Assembly: GCA_030141605.1 (NCBI GenBank)
Contig: JAQGDQ010000002.1
Span: 1,674,001-1,738,000, forward strand
DNA: 64,000 nt
Direction of reading: 5' to 3'
Origin: Tubiluchus corallicola
Lineage: Eukaryota > Animalia > Priapulida
Below the pieces are notes generated by a model, which saw only the letters and a list, made by a program, of their open reading frames with translations, searched no databases and was not told the origin of the DNA. The translations under genes and the position numbers were made by a program. Positions 23,101-36,600 of this stretch are shown here, piece after piece; within the stretch, counting starts at the first letter, position 1; each line of letters starts with the position of its first letter.

Positions 23101-26100
23101 TTGCAATGCGTCTCGAGATTTCTTTCTTAGGATTATCAACTGGCGGATCTAGTCGGCAAAATAGGTTCAATCCTATATTCTGTCACGCTAAAGTTTGCCT
23201 TCCTATGTATACCTTTGAATGACGAATTTTGGTGAGTTCAGACTCCTCGTGATCTGGGGTCACCACTCACCATTCTAATGTTTATTTAGTGCATTTAAGT
23301 CATCTTACACGGAAATTATGTTATTGCATCTTCATGAGAACGTTTTTGGCGGCTCTTTTTTTACAATTTTCATTTGACTAACGTATTAACCTTGTAGTTA
23401 AACAATTATGTTAATTTGGACAAAGACAAAGGCCACATTTATTTACCGTCGCTCGTTTAACAAACAACATTGGCACTGACGGCTATTTGCCAAATTCATT
23501 CGAGTAACAAATAGACAACAATTCAGGCAAGGACGCAAGTCAAACAACACGCAAACGGCGAGTAACATGCAAGGTATACGTTCTGGCGTTGGCAGTCGCT
23601 ATAGACTCAACTAAAAACTGCGAGGTTGTAGTCCGAAATCTAAATCACTCGACCATCCAACTCAAGACAAAGTCGTTTAGGATCATGATTTTTTCATCAA
23701 GAACATGAAGACTAATGACGGCATCACGGCGCCTTCAGACTAGAGAGTTTTCTCCGGCAAGTTATTGCGTAAGTTCAGTCTAAGAGTAAACTCATGTGTG
23801 AACAGCTTTGCAAGTTCTCTCGCAAGTTTACCCTCAGAGTGAACTCTCTAGACTAAACGCGAAATATCACCTCGCTTACAATAAATGTCACAATGATGCT
23901 ATTTTTTTAATATAGTTCTTGCAATGCAGAAAACTGTCTAAGAAAGCTATAATAACTTGTATAAAAGTACATTGAATATGAGACTGATAATAAATAAGGT
24001 GTAGTAGCAATAGCAAGCTGTTGTTCTGATCATGGTTATGATGACGCGAGGAATACGCCGATGATGCTTAACTAAATTACACAACTATGTTTTCGCAGGA
24101 ACATCGTCGCAGTTCCTATAACTGACATCATTGATGATGAAAATTTGTCCTATTTAAGCCGAGATACTGATCAAGCTCAGCACGCGGTCGGCTTGTTCGA
24201 CTGGGGATTCGAATACAAGGAACGACCTCTACCATGGTCGGAGAGACGTAAACGTGCAAGCGACAGTGAGCCATATAGGTAAATAGCAATCGAGTCCGTG
24301 CCTCTATGACATTGGTTCGCTGTTCATGTTTTAATTTATTCATCCAGTGAGATCACATCATCACAGACATTTAGACAAGATACGCATTTTCACTAGGACT
24401 GTTGCCGTCTTATTATTACTGTTGTTCTTGTTATCATAGAGAACTAATATTTCGTGACACGCTTTTCGGTTTTAAATTTTTCTTGTATAATTTGCATAAC
24501 TGATATTCTTTCACTTGAACAAATTAATCATATGCAACCAACTTGATCTAACGAAATAATTTAGAAAGATTTAAGGTGTGATTTGCCGTTATACATATAT
24601 GGTCAAAAATGTCAAATTCTTTCACGATTCGTCATGGTTTGATTAGTGTCCTTGCAATGTTTCAGTTCTCCTAGTCACGTTGGATGTTTGGTGGCAATTG
24701 ACCGATCATATTTCTTCGATATTGGTACTTATGATCAGTCATTGAGAATCTGGGGCGGAGAAAATATTGAACTGTCTTTTAAGGTGAATGTGTTCCATGT
24801 AACTGAAACTTTCAAAATCAAAAATACTTTATTCCTGAAAGAAGAGCGTCAAAATTCTAAGGCTCAAAGAAAAAATTCACTTCCTATTTCCAAAATACAT
24901 GTATATTTCTACCGGGAGTGAGGAGCAAATTGATACACTTTCGTATCCTGATGTTACGACTCTGACATCACAAACACAAGATAAAGCTGGATTCCAAGCT
25001 GGGATACTGATACATTTTACCTTTTATTTCTTTTTATTCCCTGGTTTTAATAGTTTAATTGCTCATGAGGGAATTCACAACCGTATATTATAAAGGTTAA
25101 GTGAGTCAAGAGAATCAAATAAAAATTATAAATATAACACAGTTTAGCATCATTCGATGCATGAGTTCCAGTAAACCAATTTAAATTTGTTCATCCCATT
25201 GTATAAATAGTCGTACAACTGAATTTCGTGTCTTACTTTGTGCAGGTGTGGATGTGTGGGGGTCGGATAGAGTGGATTCCATGTTCGCATGTAGGTCATA
25301 CATTCAGAAAATATTTGCCATATAACTTTGGAAATGATAAATCAACCGTCGTGGAGTTGGTAATTAATTCGCAATGTCTACTGAACTGTTATCTACGTTC
25401 TGAATTTATACATAGTTGTTATATCAGATCAAAATTGCTATCATCTTTAAAATTTGCCTGTTTTCAGTCAAATTGTTCTGCATTTAATGGAACTGCAGAA
25501 ATGTCCCTGTGAATTTACTGAACAGCAAAGGATAAAAGCTAATTCTAAAAATAGTTATAATTTATATGTAACTATATATAATTATAATTAGGAGTTTGAC
25601 GGCTCTGTGCTCCCCATATCAGACACTTTGAACAGTCCTACTTGAAGACATGGCGAATTTTACGATGTACATACGTACTTTTTGCATACTTGTAGAATTA
25701 TAAAAGAGTGGTTGAGACATGGATGGATGAACCTATTTACAAAGAATCATTCTACGCCAGAGTACCACACGTGAGAGACAAGGATGCAGGTGACATTAGC
25801 AAACAGCTGCAGTTTAAAAAGGACAACAAATGCAAAAATTTTAAATGGTACATGGAAAACGTTGCTTGGATGTTGCCACAACATGTTCTCCTGCAACCAC
25901 AAAATAAATGGTGGGGAGAGGTACAGTGATAACGGTTTTCGTTGCTACGTAATTGCTTTATATGGACCAGCAAACACCTAAAATGAGAGGCTGTTTTTGT
26001 ATACAATCAATGGGATGGAATTCCTTATAAAAATCTATAGCAGGACTAGGCTGCTGCCTCAAAAAGAATTTATTTAACTACACGAAATGACATAATCCAC

Positions 26101-27504
26101 AAGAAAGGCGTTTGGCAAGCTTATGCTTCGTGTCAATATTTTTTAGCCAAAGCATTCTAAAAAAATCAGGCAAGTATGATCGCGAGGTATGGGTCCTTTC
26201 TCTTTAGTAGTCCATTTCCTTTCGAAATGTCTACCTTGTTTATTTGCAGATCAGAAGTGTTGGCAAAGAAGACTTATGTTTTGGTGGCCAGGATGGTACT
26301 ATAATTCTGGGTTCATGTCAAGGTACTGGCGGAGATCAGGTAAACCTACTTAATTAGAATAATTTTAAAAGTTAAATCACGCACTAATAGTTGGATTAGA
26401 TTTATTCAATCCAAATACACAATTGTACATACACAATAAAATCTTACAAATAAATATGATTAGCTAATGTTTTAGGAAGGGAGAATATATATAATATTGC
26501 ACTTATATTAGATATGGTATGTTTTCATACAAATTTCAGAAATCGTCCCAAACAAACCCAATGTCCTCTCTATGGTAAGGGGCTATAATAAAAAAGGCAA
26601 AAGTATAATGTAGTGTTGTTGTGTAAGAATTGCAAAACCACTTGTCTAACATTAAGTTATTCTGCATATCACAAAAGTTTCAAATGAGTAGTAGCAAAAA
26701 TACTAATGAAAGTTTTTAAACTGGTGCTTAGTGTTGCACAAGTGTGTGGCTATACATTACAGTGCCTAGAGATGCATGAAGAAACATGAGAATTTCTAAT
26801 GTCAAACTAGATCCAAAGTTGACTAGTTCGTTAAAAAGTATTAATAACTGTGAGTTTAGCTTGTACCCATTTTTCAACAGTTCAAGTAAAAACTTTTCTC
26901 GCAAAGGGAAAAAATCAAGTAGAAAAATTCGCAAGCATTGTCTGAATGGCAGTCATTGAGCTAATTTAGATTCCAAATGTCAGTAAGGAGTAGTGTAACT
27001 TTTTTACTGCAGAACTACCGGCTAAATATAAAAGGACAGCTTGCCATAGAAAATCTATGCATCAGCACAGAGCACAATAAAGTAATTTATGAAGATTGTG
27101 CCGACGAAACAATTTCGGGAAAATGGCTATACTTGGAAGTAAGTGGAGATTGATTAATAAATATTCTCATTTTGTTGGTCAAGAAACACAAGAAGTGTTA
27201 GAAAAAACTCTAGAACTAATTTCTGATGAAGATTACAGGCAATTTAAGCATTCAGTACTCTTGAAGGATGCAGCAAAAACACTTCTACAAGTAGTTTTAA
27301 CAGTAATCACTTTATGGATCGCAAGAAAACAGTCTTTCCACTGAATCTTTGTTTTTGTGTTATAGATTATCTTTGTTTTTGTAGGATACACAACAGTTTT
27401 ATAACATCGAAGTCGACAGGTGCATGGAAGCAAAGAATGAAAACGTGGTCATGAGAAGATGTAAGCCCACTGCGAATCAAAAATGGCTCTTTGTGAAAAC
27501 CTGA
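20140..27504 (+). CDS. Polypeptide N-acetylgalactosaminyltransferase, GALNT7-like paralogue A (12 coding exons, ~566 aa)
   Basis: Exons 20140-20283 (type II TM anchor), 20873-20992 ([12 protein letters not shown]; acceptor could be 20879), 21757-21848 ([11 protein letters not shown]), 22317-22483 (CKYWQYP..FHNEAWS..LVDDFS), 22596-22800 (GLIRSR..FLDAHTE), 24099-24278, 24666-24783 ([12 protein letters not shown]), 25246-25359 (VWMCGG..PCSHVGH), 25696-25920 ([10 protein letters not shown]), then ricin-type lectin exons 26250-26339, 27013-27138, 27385-27504. The GxLGNFEP and ECKYWxY motifs are GALNT7-type. Confidence 0.93.
23730..23861. mobile_element. ~130-bp MITE with ~25-bp imperfect TIRs in GALNT-A intron 5
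   Basis: Left end cgccttcagactagagagttttctc versus the reverse complement of the right end, cgcgtttagtctagagagttcactc. Confidence 0.6.
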
Positions 27505-28703
27505 TTACTTGCCAAAACCACCTGCTGTATACAGATGAGAAGTACCTAATGAATCTCTGCTTCCTAAAAGAAAAATACCAAACAAAACCTCTCCTTTTAA
27601 ACACAATGAAGGAAAGGAACATCAAAATATTTGACTAGCAAAATAGTGAATGCCAAAAAACTGCTATGTTAAAGAAAAAATATGAAAAGCTCTACACTGA
27701 TGCATCCAAAAGCATTTACATAAGTTTAGCAACGACACAATTATTTTTGGTGCAGTTCCAGTAGTTGGAAATAGAGAGAATCATTTAATAAACATGTACC
27801 AAGCCCCTGACAATCTAGTGCCTTCTGTTCTCTTATGAGGCAGCTTTTATATGTGCAGTGAATGAATTATTATTTTTTGTGGTAATCAACTTGTATTTTA
27901 CAATTTGTGAATGAAAAAATGGTTTATCACTGCAAGTTATGAATGTCTCGTCCTTAATAATTTAGTACAGTAGTAATACATTAGTAAAATATGATACAAA
28001 TAACATGTAATCCTTTTCTCAAGTGCAAGATTATAAATGATGATTCTGTGTAGCATGTGCACTAACAATGATGTTAGCTTAAAGCTTATTTGCTGAGCAG
28101 TATTTGTAACCATATTTATAACCAAACTGTAAGATGGAGTGACGACAAACTTTTTCTTTCACAACAAGCTGTAATATTATTGGGAATTACAGAGTATGAG
28201 ATTGTAGCAAAAAAATTGCAATTACAGTGGCAAGCACCATGAGACTAGGCAATCAAAGACTTTCTAGTCCCAAACATAATTTTTTATTGCACTGTTAAAT
28301 GCCACATTTTGGCTAATGCAAAATTGGTGCTGCGTTGCGTACCTTCACATGTGACTTCTAAACACTGCTGTCCTTCTTTGTAAGATTTCTTTCGGAGCAC
28401 AAACAGAATGTGGTAATGAAGTTAAAAAAACTTTTTACAGCCACACTATTTTCTCAGGGGTCACACTAGTCACAATTGTGTTAAGTTACAGATAAAAATG
28501 CCACTATATAGGTATCATGTTTTCCAAATTAATTTATTGCTGTTGACATTTACATAGAGTGTAATGTATAATTATAAATATAAATTATAAATTTGGTCAC
28601 AAAGCACGATTTGTGCACTTCTTGTTGCTTTTACGTCCATGTCGTTTAACAATATATACTGTAATTTTCATAAAGCAGTGCAGCAATATATTTAACATAT
28701 GGC

Positions 28704-30635
28704 TCAAAAATCTCCATTTTTGTACTGTATTATTATCCATTTCTGTAAAATATTGTTAGTGCACTTTCTCATGACCAGCTTACTTCCATCTGCAGTTGCT
28801 TGCATGCACATACCTTCTCTGGTGTGATAGATCTGTTGCGTTTTCTAAATGAACAACGAAAGAAATTAACTTCAATTCAACTAGCATATGATGCAGCCAA
28901 TGTAAATGATGGATCATAAAGTAAAGGTCTATGAAAAGAACAAATAATAGAGCATCAATCATGTGATGTAAAAGAATAGTGTGAGTTTACATAACAGCTT
29001 TGCAATTCATTGATTACAATGCAAATCACTGTAATATGCTTCAAAAAATTAATGCCTAAAGGTAGTAAAATACAACTGCCTTCAGTATGTATTTAAAAAC
29101 GTGGGTTTGAAGAATGAAACTTTGAATACACGAAAAACTTGGTTGGTTGTATTGTACCTATGGACAACTTGTGGTTCCTTCAACATTTCCTGTCGGTGCA
29201 GTCTATTTTTGGTAATCTCTCACTGTACAAGTGATATGGCTTCTTTAGGACTCTTTGTTATGTGTATGGATTTTGTTATAGTTTATGCTTGTTTATACTA
29301 CATGGTTTGTTGATGCTGGTATCTCTCATGGTGGGTTTTCACTCTATTATTATTTCTTATTAGTATTCAAACTATAGTACATTTTTGCGGCTTATAATTT
29401 CAGTTTCTAAAGTAGATCCATTCTGTTTTTGATTGTTGGTTTTGGTCTGCTAGGACAGCTGAAAAATCCAAAATAAATTTTATGGCTATATATACTACTT
29501 CATTGGTTTTATTTATGAGTTTTTCAGCTTAACAATCTTTGCCGAAATATTCTCCGCATCAAATAACTAGAATTACTTCGATAAACAATCTCAATTTGAC
29601 AATTTGCCTCAAAATTTAGAAAGCGTTAAGAAAGTCTAACACTAATTTAATCCAAAATGTGCATATTCGTTTTCACAAGAAATTGCCAGAATTTTGCGGG
29701 CTGTCATGTTTATAGGTGTAAATTGAGATATTTCGTTTCATCTACTCTAGTATGTAAATGTTTAGCGATTTACGTAAATCTATAACATTCCTTTCGGTTT
29801 GTTACTGAAATTTCATGCAAAGCTAGAAATCCGGGTACCAACAACCTGCCCAAGGCTGTTCACATTCACAAGTTGGTTACTTCCATCTCTTCAGAGAGAT
29901 TATTTTCTGTCATTAAGAGTACATTTATTAAGAGACATGGATTTCTTGATGCTGATTTAAACGACAAACGTGTTTTATTTAACAAAGGAATGTGTAGGCC
30001 TTATAGATTCTGCAAATGTGATCTTGATGGAAATTAATGTTATCAAGGAGCATGTTACTGTTGTTTGCCACTTGATGAGTATCATAGCATTGTAAATGGC
30101 CAGCTGCTTATTTTTTTCTGTGTGTGGATTAATATTGCTCTTTTTAAAAGAAGAAACCAGGATATGCCAAGTGTACATTATGACTAAACCTAACTTACAT
30201 CAGCTACAATGAACAATTGGATATAACACTGAATCAATAAGCAATGACTACAAGCAAATGAGTACCAGTATAGCTGTATAATAATTTTTCAAAAACTAAT
30301 AACGAAGATTACATTAACTAATCTCAATTTACGTTTCAGATTATCAAAATGTGAACATAATGCCAACTAAATGAAGTACAGCATTTTTCACATCTGATTA
30401 ATGCATCAGCCTGAGGTCATACAAGCGCGATCATGCAGATAAAAAGTTACTGCCACAGCTGAGTTGTTCTAATGAGTAATGTATAGTAAAGAATTTATTG
30501 CAGGATCTTAGCTAGACGTGAATACAGAATTGGTTCTTTTAATGCATAACAACCCTAAAAGTCGCCAAATTTCTTTTTGCACAATCAATTACACTTTCTA
30601 ACTACTACTGTGTATGTATGCCTGTGTAGATATAG

Positions 30636-30676
<41 letters not shown>

Positions 30677-33600
30677 TGTGTATGTGTAAGCAGATGGGCG
30701 TAAGTGCAGTTAATGCATGTACTTACATCAACGTAATTCCAATCCCCTGATATTACTCTTCCTTGACACAATTCAAATACCAGTTTATTTTGGCTTACAT
30801 CTATGCAGTATTGGGTTGAAGTAAGAAGTCCTTGGACATTTAATCGGAACATCTGCAGTAAGAAGTAATGTACAGAACATAAGAATGTTATGTAAGGAGT
30901 AAGAAAGGTATAATGACCTCTTATGGTTTTATGTTTATCTTCATTTGTGTAATTTAATAAAACGTGCATTTGTTACTGTACAACTTTAGTGAAATTTAGT
31001 CATTTTTGCAAAATCATTAGACTTTAAAGCACTCAAAACAGAAGATTTCTTTAATTTATTTTAAATTGGCTTTGAAAGTGAGAGCAAAGTTGCACTCATG
31101 CCACTTCAATTTGTTTTTCAGTTTAGGATTTTAAGTGCACTTACACAAGCACAATGATAAAGATCAGAACAGTGTACCTGATTTTGGTTTAATCCATCAC
31201 CCTGACATAAGGAAAGCTCCATCATATTACCAGGTTCCTCATCTGGTTTATAAAGACAGTAGCCATCAGCACCCCGATTTGCAACCTATGCACATATTAC
31301 AACCTATTAGTTACCTATCGAAATTCAAAGATTTTTTTAGCAAGATTAAATTACTACAACACTCTAATGGCTAATTTAATATTTCTTACAGCCGTTATTA
31401 CATTTTCTACATTTATGTGATTAAATTTTTGATTTTTATTAACAATTACTCACTTCTCCCCACCATTTGTTTTTCGGCTGCAGTGGAAACTCATCGAGCA
31501 ACATCCATGCAACATTTTCCATATACCACTTAAAATTCTTGCACTTGTGATCCTTCTTGAATTGGATTAGCTCAGTAATATCTCCCACGTATTTGTGTTT
31601 CACTCTTGGTATACTGGTATAAAATGACTCCTTGTAAATGGGTTCATCCATCCAAGTCTCTACAACTCGTTTATAATTCTGCACAAACAGAAATGATTAG
31701 CTTCGTGCAAAAATTGGTAACACAAGAACAGAGAAAGAAAAGAACAAAGAGAGAAAGAGAAAACAGAGATGCAGGTATATGTTATTGTTGACATAAACTT
31801 ACATTACTGTATCATTACAACTTGGCACATTCTATATAATATAAAACAGTAAAAATTAAATTTATACAAAACATGGGCAAAATCTTTAAATTAACTGCAT
31901 TCTTATAAAATCAATATTGCCTAACATGCCAAATGACTTGAACAAGTTCCTTAGCATTAGACGACGAGATTAACACATCCTTAACATTTCTAGACTAAAA
32001 AAACAGCTTTTAAATGTGTTGTGCAATCATTTATCTACCAAGTACAATAGCACAAACAAGAACCTATCATAGAAAGCTTGGACCCATTCGAGCAGAGCAT
32101 TCAAGCAATAAGACAGACAGTACCAGTAGCAACCAAAGGTGTGATCTAATTATTTATTGTGTCCACAACCACAGCGATGGTGACATCAACGACGAAATGC
32201 ATGATGGAACTGGTAACTTAAGCCCCGGGCATTCTTAAAATGGATCCAAAAATCTTCAAGAGCTTGTAAGACTATAATAACAGGCAAAGATAAACATTCC
32301 CATGTTCAAGAATAAACTTTAGTGTTATTCAAAGGAATACAAAGAGGTTTAAAAATGATTTGTTTGCGTTAATAACTATAAGTTTGCTAATTTCTATAGG
32401 CAATTGGAATTTAAACGGACAAACGAACCCCAGTAAGCATTCTGACTGGCTGTTGAAAAATGAAAAAGAGTTGTACCCCATGATTTATGGCACATTAACA
32501 TGTCTTTTATAATTATCTTTTTAAATCACTTGTAGACCTATGTGATTCTATTTAGTTTTCAATTTGCTTTTTTTAATCTGATGAAATTTCATTTCAGCAA
32601 GTTATCATCATATACATGAGGAGAATTCATGATTACAAATATAGACTTGCTAAGGCTCGCTATAAATTTTCACAAAGCAATTGTAAGATTGAGTCGTCAC
32701 ACCATAGAAGTTACCTAAAATAGTCTGCACATCTTAGTCCACTTTCAAATGTCATTTTTTCTGTCCAAGTTCAAAGAAGTACACATTACCAGAGTTACTC
32801 ATCGATAACATCACATCAGTTTTATTACCATCTTCAAATGGATCTTTTGGCAAATTTAGATAGATAATGATGGCAAAACAGTATGGTCTGCTGAGACTTT
32901 GGTTGCATACTGGGATGCAATGTTTTAGCACAAAAGAAACAGCCATTTGTAATCTTAAAAATTTCACACAAATTAAACTTTTGACTTCACCTAACTTTTC
33001 CGAGAAGACACTAAAACACTTTTAAATAAAAAAGTCTAACTACACTAAGAAGTGTCATTCCACACACTACCAAAGGCCTCCAAGTAACAATGTTATTTTG
33101 CTAAGGCGTTGCTTAATTAATTTAATTGAGGTACCAAAGCATCTTGTTGTTTTATCAACTGGATTTTAACTAATATGAGATGACCTGCGAGTGTTATTAT
33201 ACAGAAGGAGAGTGATAATTTGATATGGCAAATTTAGCCCAAAATCCAGTGTTTTAGCATTAGAGGATGAACCTAAATCATTAACATTGCTTCTTAAACT
33301 AGATGAGCTTCCTTTAACTGCAGTGTGAATGATATGTTTAATTTGCCAAACAAAAATTAGTAAAAAATATAAAAACACATTGTTACAGCAAACTAATATA
33401 TTACAGATCTGACCAAATGATCATATCAACTTAAAAAATAACAACTACAATTCTCACCCTATCAACAATGTCATCGTCAAATGGTTCAAAACTGTATGGT
33501 AGGTAATGTCTAAACACATGACCAACTCTAGAACAAGGAACCCATTCTAAGCGACCGCCACACATCCAAACCTGCTAGGGAAAAATTACATTTTAGTAAA

Positions 33601-36600
33601 GTTCAGTAAGTTCAAGCTTATAAAAGTTATGTATTATGTGTTATAAGTCGAAAGGAATAGTGAAGCAGCCATAATGCATGTTTAGCTGCAGAGTTAAGTA
33701 ACACAAGACCTGGCTAGTAAACCGAATGGTATCCATGAGAAAACAGCCTCTGGGTAGTTTTATCTGCCAATACTGCTCACGGATATTTCTCTCACTGAGA
33801 GAGGATACGTTCAAACATAGACTCATCTTTAAATTTTTTTAAGGAATAAAATTTGTTTTTAAATTTTATGTTTAATAGAAGAGATATTCTATAACGAGAA
33901 CAACAAAATTACGCAAAACAGATCTTGTCTGCAAGCAAGTAACCAAAAAGTGTCCCAGATACAAAGAAGCACATATAACTATTTGTGGTATTTGAATAAA
34001 ACAACGTAATTTAAGTCTCACTTTAAATGAGAGTTCATGGTTTTCTCCTCCCCATATACGTAAACCCTGATCGTATGCACCAATCTCAAAAAAGAATGAT
34101 CGATCAATAGCTATCATGCATCCGACATGATGAGGTGAGCTGAAGAAAAAGTCATCGTTACTATAAAGCTGACTAACAAAAAATTTTTTAGTTAAGAAAG
34201 CTACCATTTGTATGCAGTGAACCGAATTTGTTGTACTACACCAAAACTGTGATTCTTTGGTGGCCCCAGGGATTTCCTGAACTGACTGAAATGACCTTAG
34301 GTATTTGACCTCCTGAAGTAGTTTGACTTGTAGTCATTACTTTCCAACAAGTTGAACTGACTATAAGTTTATGGGTAACTCTGTGAAGTAGGTTAATGAA
34401 GGTTCGCCAGTTAATAATATTCAACTAGATTATCTATATAACTTACAAATGACCAAAGTTTAACACCCAATGGCCAGTTAGTGGCATTAGAAATGGATAA
34501 ATTAATTCATTAACATGAACTACAATTACATCAAATAACAATTATCCAGTTTTACCTGACCCACCTAATAGGTTTCAAGAAACTGCCTTACATAAAGAGT
34601 TGCAAGGAGGTATAAGTTGGGGTTAAGCCAATATGTGCACAAGGAAAACGGACTCAAAAGGCTAAATTAAACCAGGTGAGTAGATTTTACATAATAATAA
34701 TTAATTTTGCTTATGGCTGACTTAAGCTGATGCCACTCAACCACTGTCACTGTTGCATTGTTGTTACCATTTTTGTCACTTTTAGGGTTACATTCTCGAA
34801 AATTTAATTTTTTACATCACACTTACAATTGACTGCATTATGTTACAGGTTGCATCATTATAATGGATTTTAAGATAGGTCAAGTAACACCATTTATTTT
34901 CGTTACTTTTCTTCTATTATGGAGTATTCATAGCACAACAGGACAAATTGAAGAGGAGGAGGAAGAAGAAGGTACGGCAATAATTAGTACGGAAGAAGAT
35001 TTTGTAACAATTAGTAATCGAACAATTAGTCTTCTTGGATAACTCACTATAAGAATATCTTTTCTATAAGCTCTACTGCAGAAAGCTCTGGTTCAAAAAT
35101 TCTCAAAGGTATTGCTGGTTTAACATGGATTTTAGAAATTAACTCTCTAGCCTATGAGAATTAAGCTTAAGAAAAAGGCCATTCTTTACAATGTCGGCCA
35201 TTCGTTATAATGATCATGCAGGCGGGAGCGGGAACAGATAGAGGTTGAAGTAATAACTGCAAAAAGGTATTCAATCATACTATTGTAAAAAAATTACGAA
35301 AGATGTGTGTTTGCATGTTTGTGTGTTTTGTACGCCTCGGTTATTGTACCTACAAAATTAAAAAAGGGCTGACAGTTTAAGCTCTATTCTTCAAAAGGTT
35401 TAAAAAATTATATTAGTGAGCGAAGCGAGCTACAGATCGCTAGTGCTACAAAAGCGTAAAGTGTTTCAAATGTAAACTTGCTATAAAGTAATGATTCTAT
35501 TCAATGTACAAACAATAACCATAGAACTGTGTCTTTTACAGTTTGCATGTGCCCACCAGGACCACCTGGTCCATCAGGAGTTACAGGTGAACCAGGACCA
35601 AAAGGTTCTAAAGGAAGCCGTGGTCGACCTGGACCCCCCGGCCCACCAGGAAAAAGTTTGTATTTAAGTGGCATTGATAAAAAAGTGACCCTGAAAATTT
35701 AAAATTTATGTCTGAATACCAGCAGGTTAGTGAAGAATCTATAAAAATCAAGAGATAACATAAAATAGTCAAACAATCTGCAACAAATTATTTGTTTGTT
35801 ATAACTGATACATAGGTTTTCATAGGTTGATTTTCTATGTTTTTATAAATGGATTCTTGTACAGATGGTTGCTTCTTGTACAGAAAGCAGCAAAATCAAA
35901 TTTAGCCTTAGTTTAGAAAGTAAAATACAATTACAGTGCAGAAATGAAAATGCAACAGTTTGTGATAATTTTATATTTTCCATCTTTTTTCCACAATAAA
36001 AATAGGCCTTTTTTAATCTCTTACTTCTGGATTTTTAAAAATGTATTAATTTTCATATAATGACAACAAGCTACGCCTACATGTGACTAAAACTCAGATC
36101 TGCCATTCAGAGTGTGCTAGACGGCTAGTTTACTATTGCAACATTATTGAACTGTATGTAATTTTTGAGCTGTGAATAACAGATTTAAAATTATTTTTCA
36201 TATAAAGTGATCATTCGTTATCTGTATCCTGATGGACAAGGAGGATATGCAACACAACGACAGTTGAGAAAACAGAATCAACAACAACAACAACAACAGC
36301 AACGTAATCCACTGAGTTACTTTTAGCTTCTTTTGGCTACCAAAGAATGTCAAAATTCTAAAATTTGGCTAATGCTTTTGATAGTGAATATCAAACCAGA
36401 GTTTATTTGTTATAATTTAAATGCTGTTAAAAAACAGTATACTGTTAACTTTGTGTTTGAATAAACGTTTTTGTTTGAAAAAAACTGATCAGTCATGTGT
36501 GGCTTGTAAACGGTAGAATATTAAATACATTGTTTCAGTGTTCAAGAAAAAGAACAGTTTACCTTGTGTTGACATGCTCATTTAAAATTAACTAGAAAAA

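Noticed and set aside
35222-35266. AG/GT-bounded 45-nt candidate extra exon in the nested collagen-like gene
   Set aside because: In the required phase 1 it reads GGSGNR-stop and is open only in phase 2, so it was left out of the model. It could at most be a poison exon.
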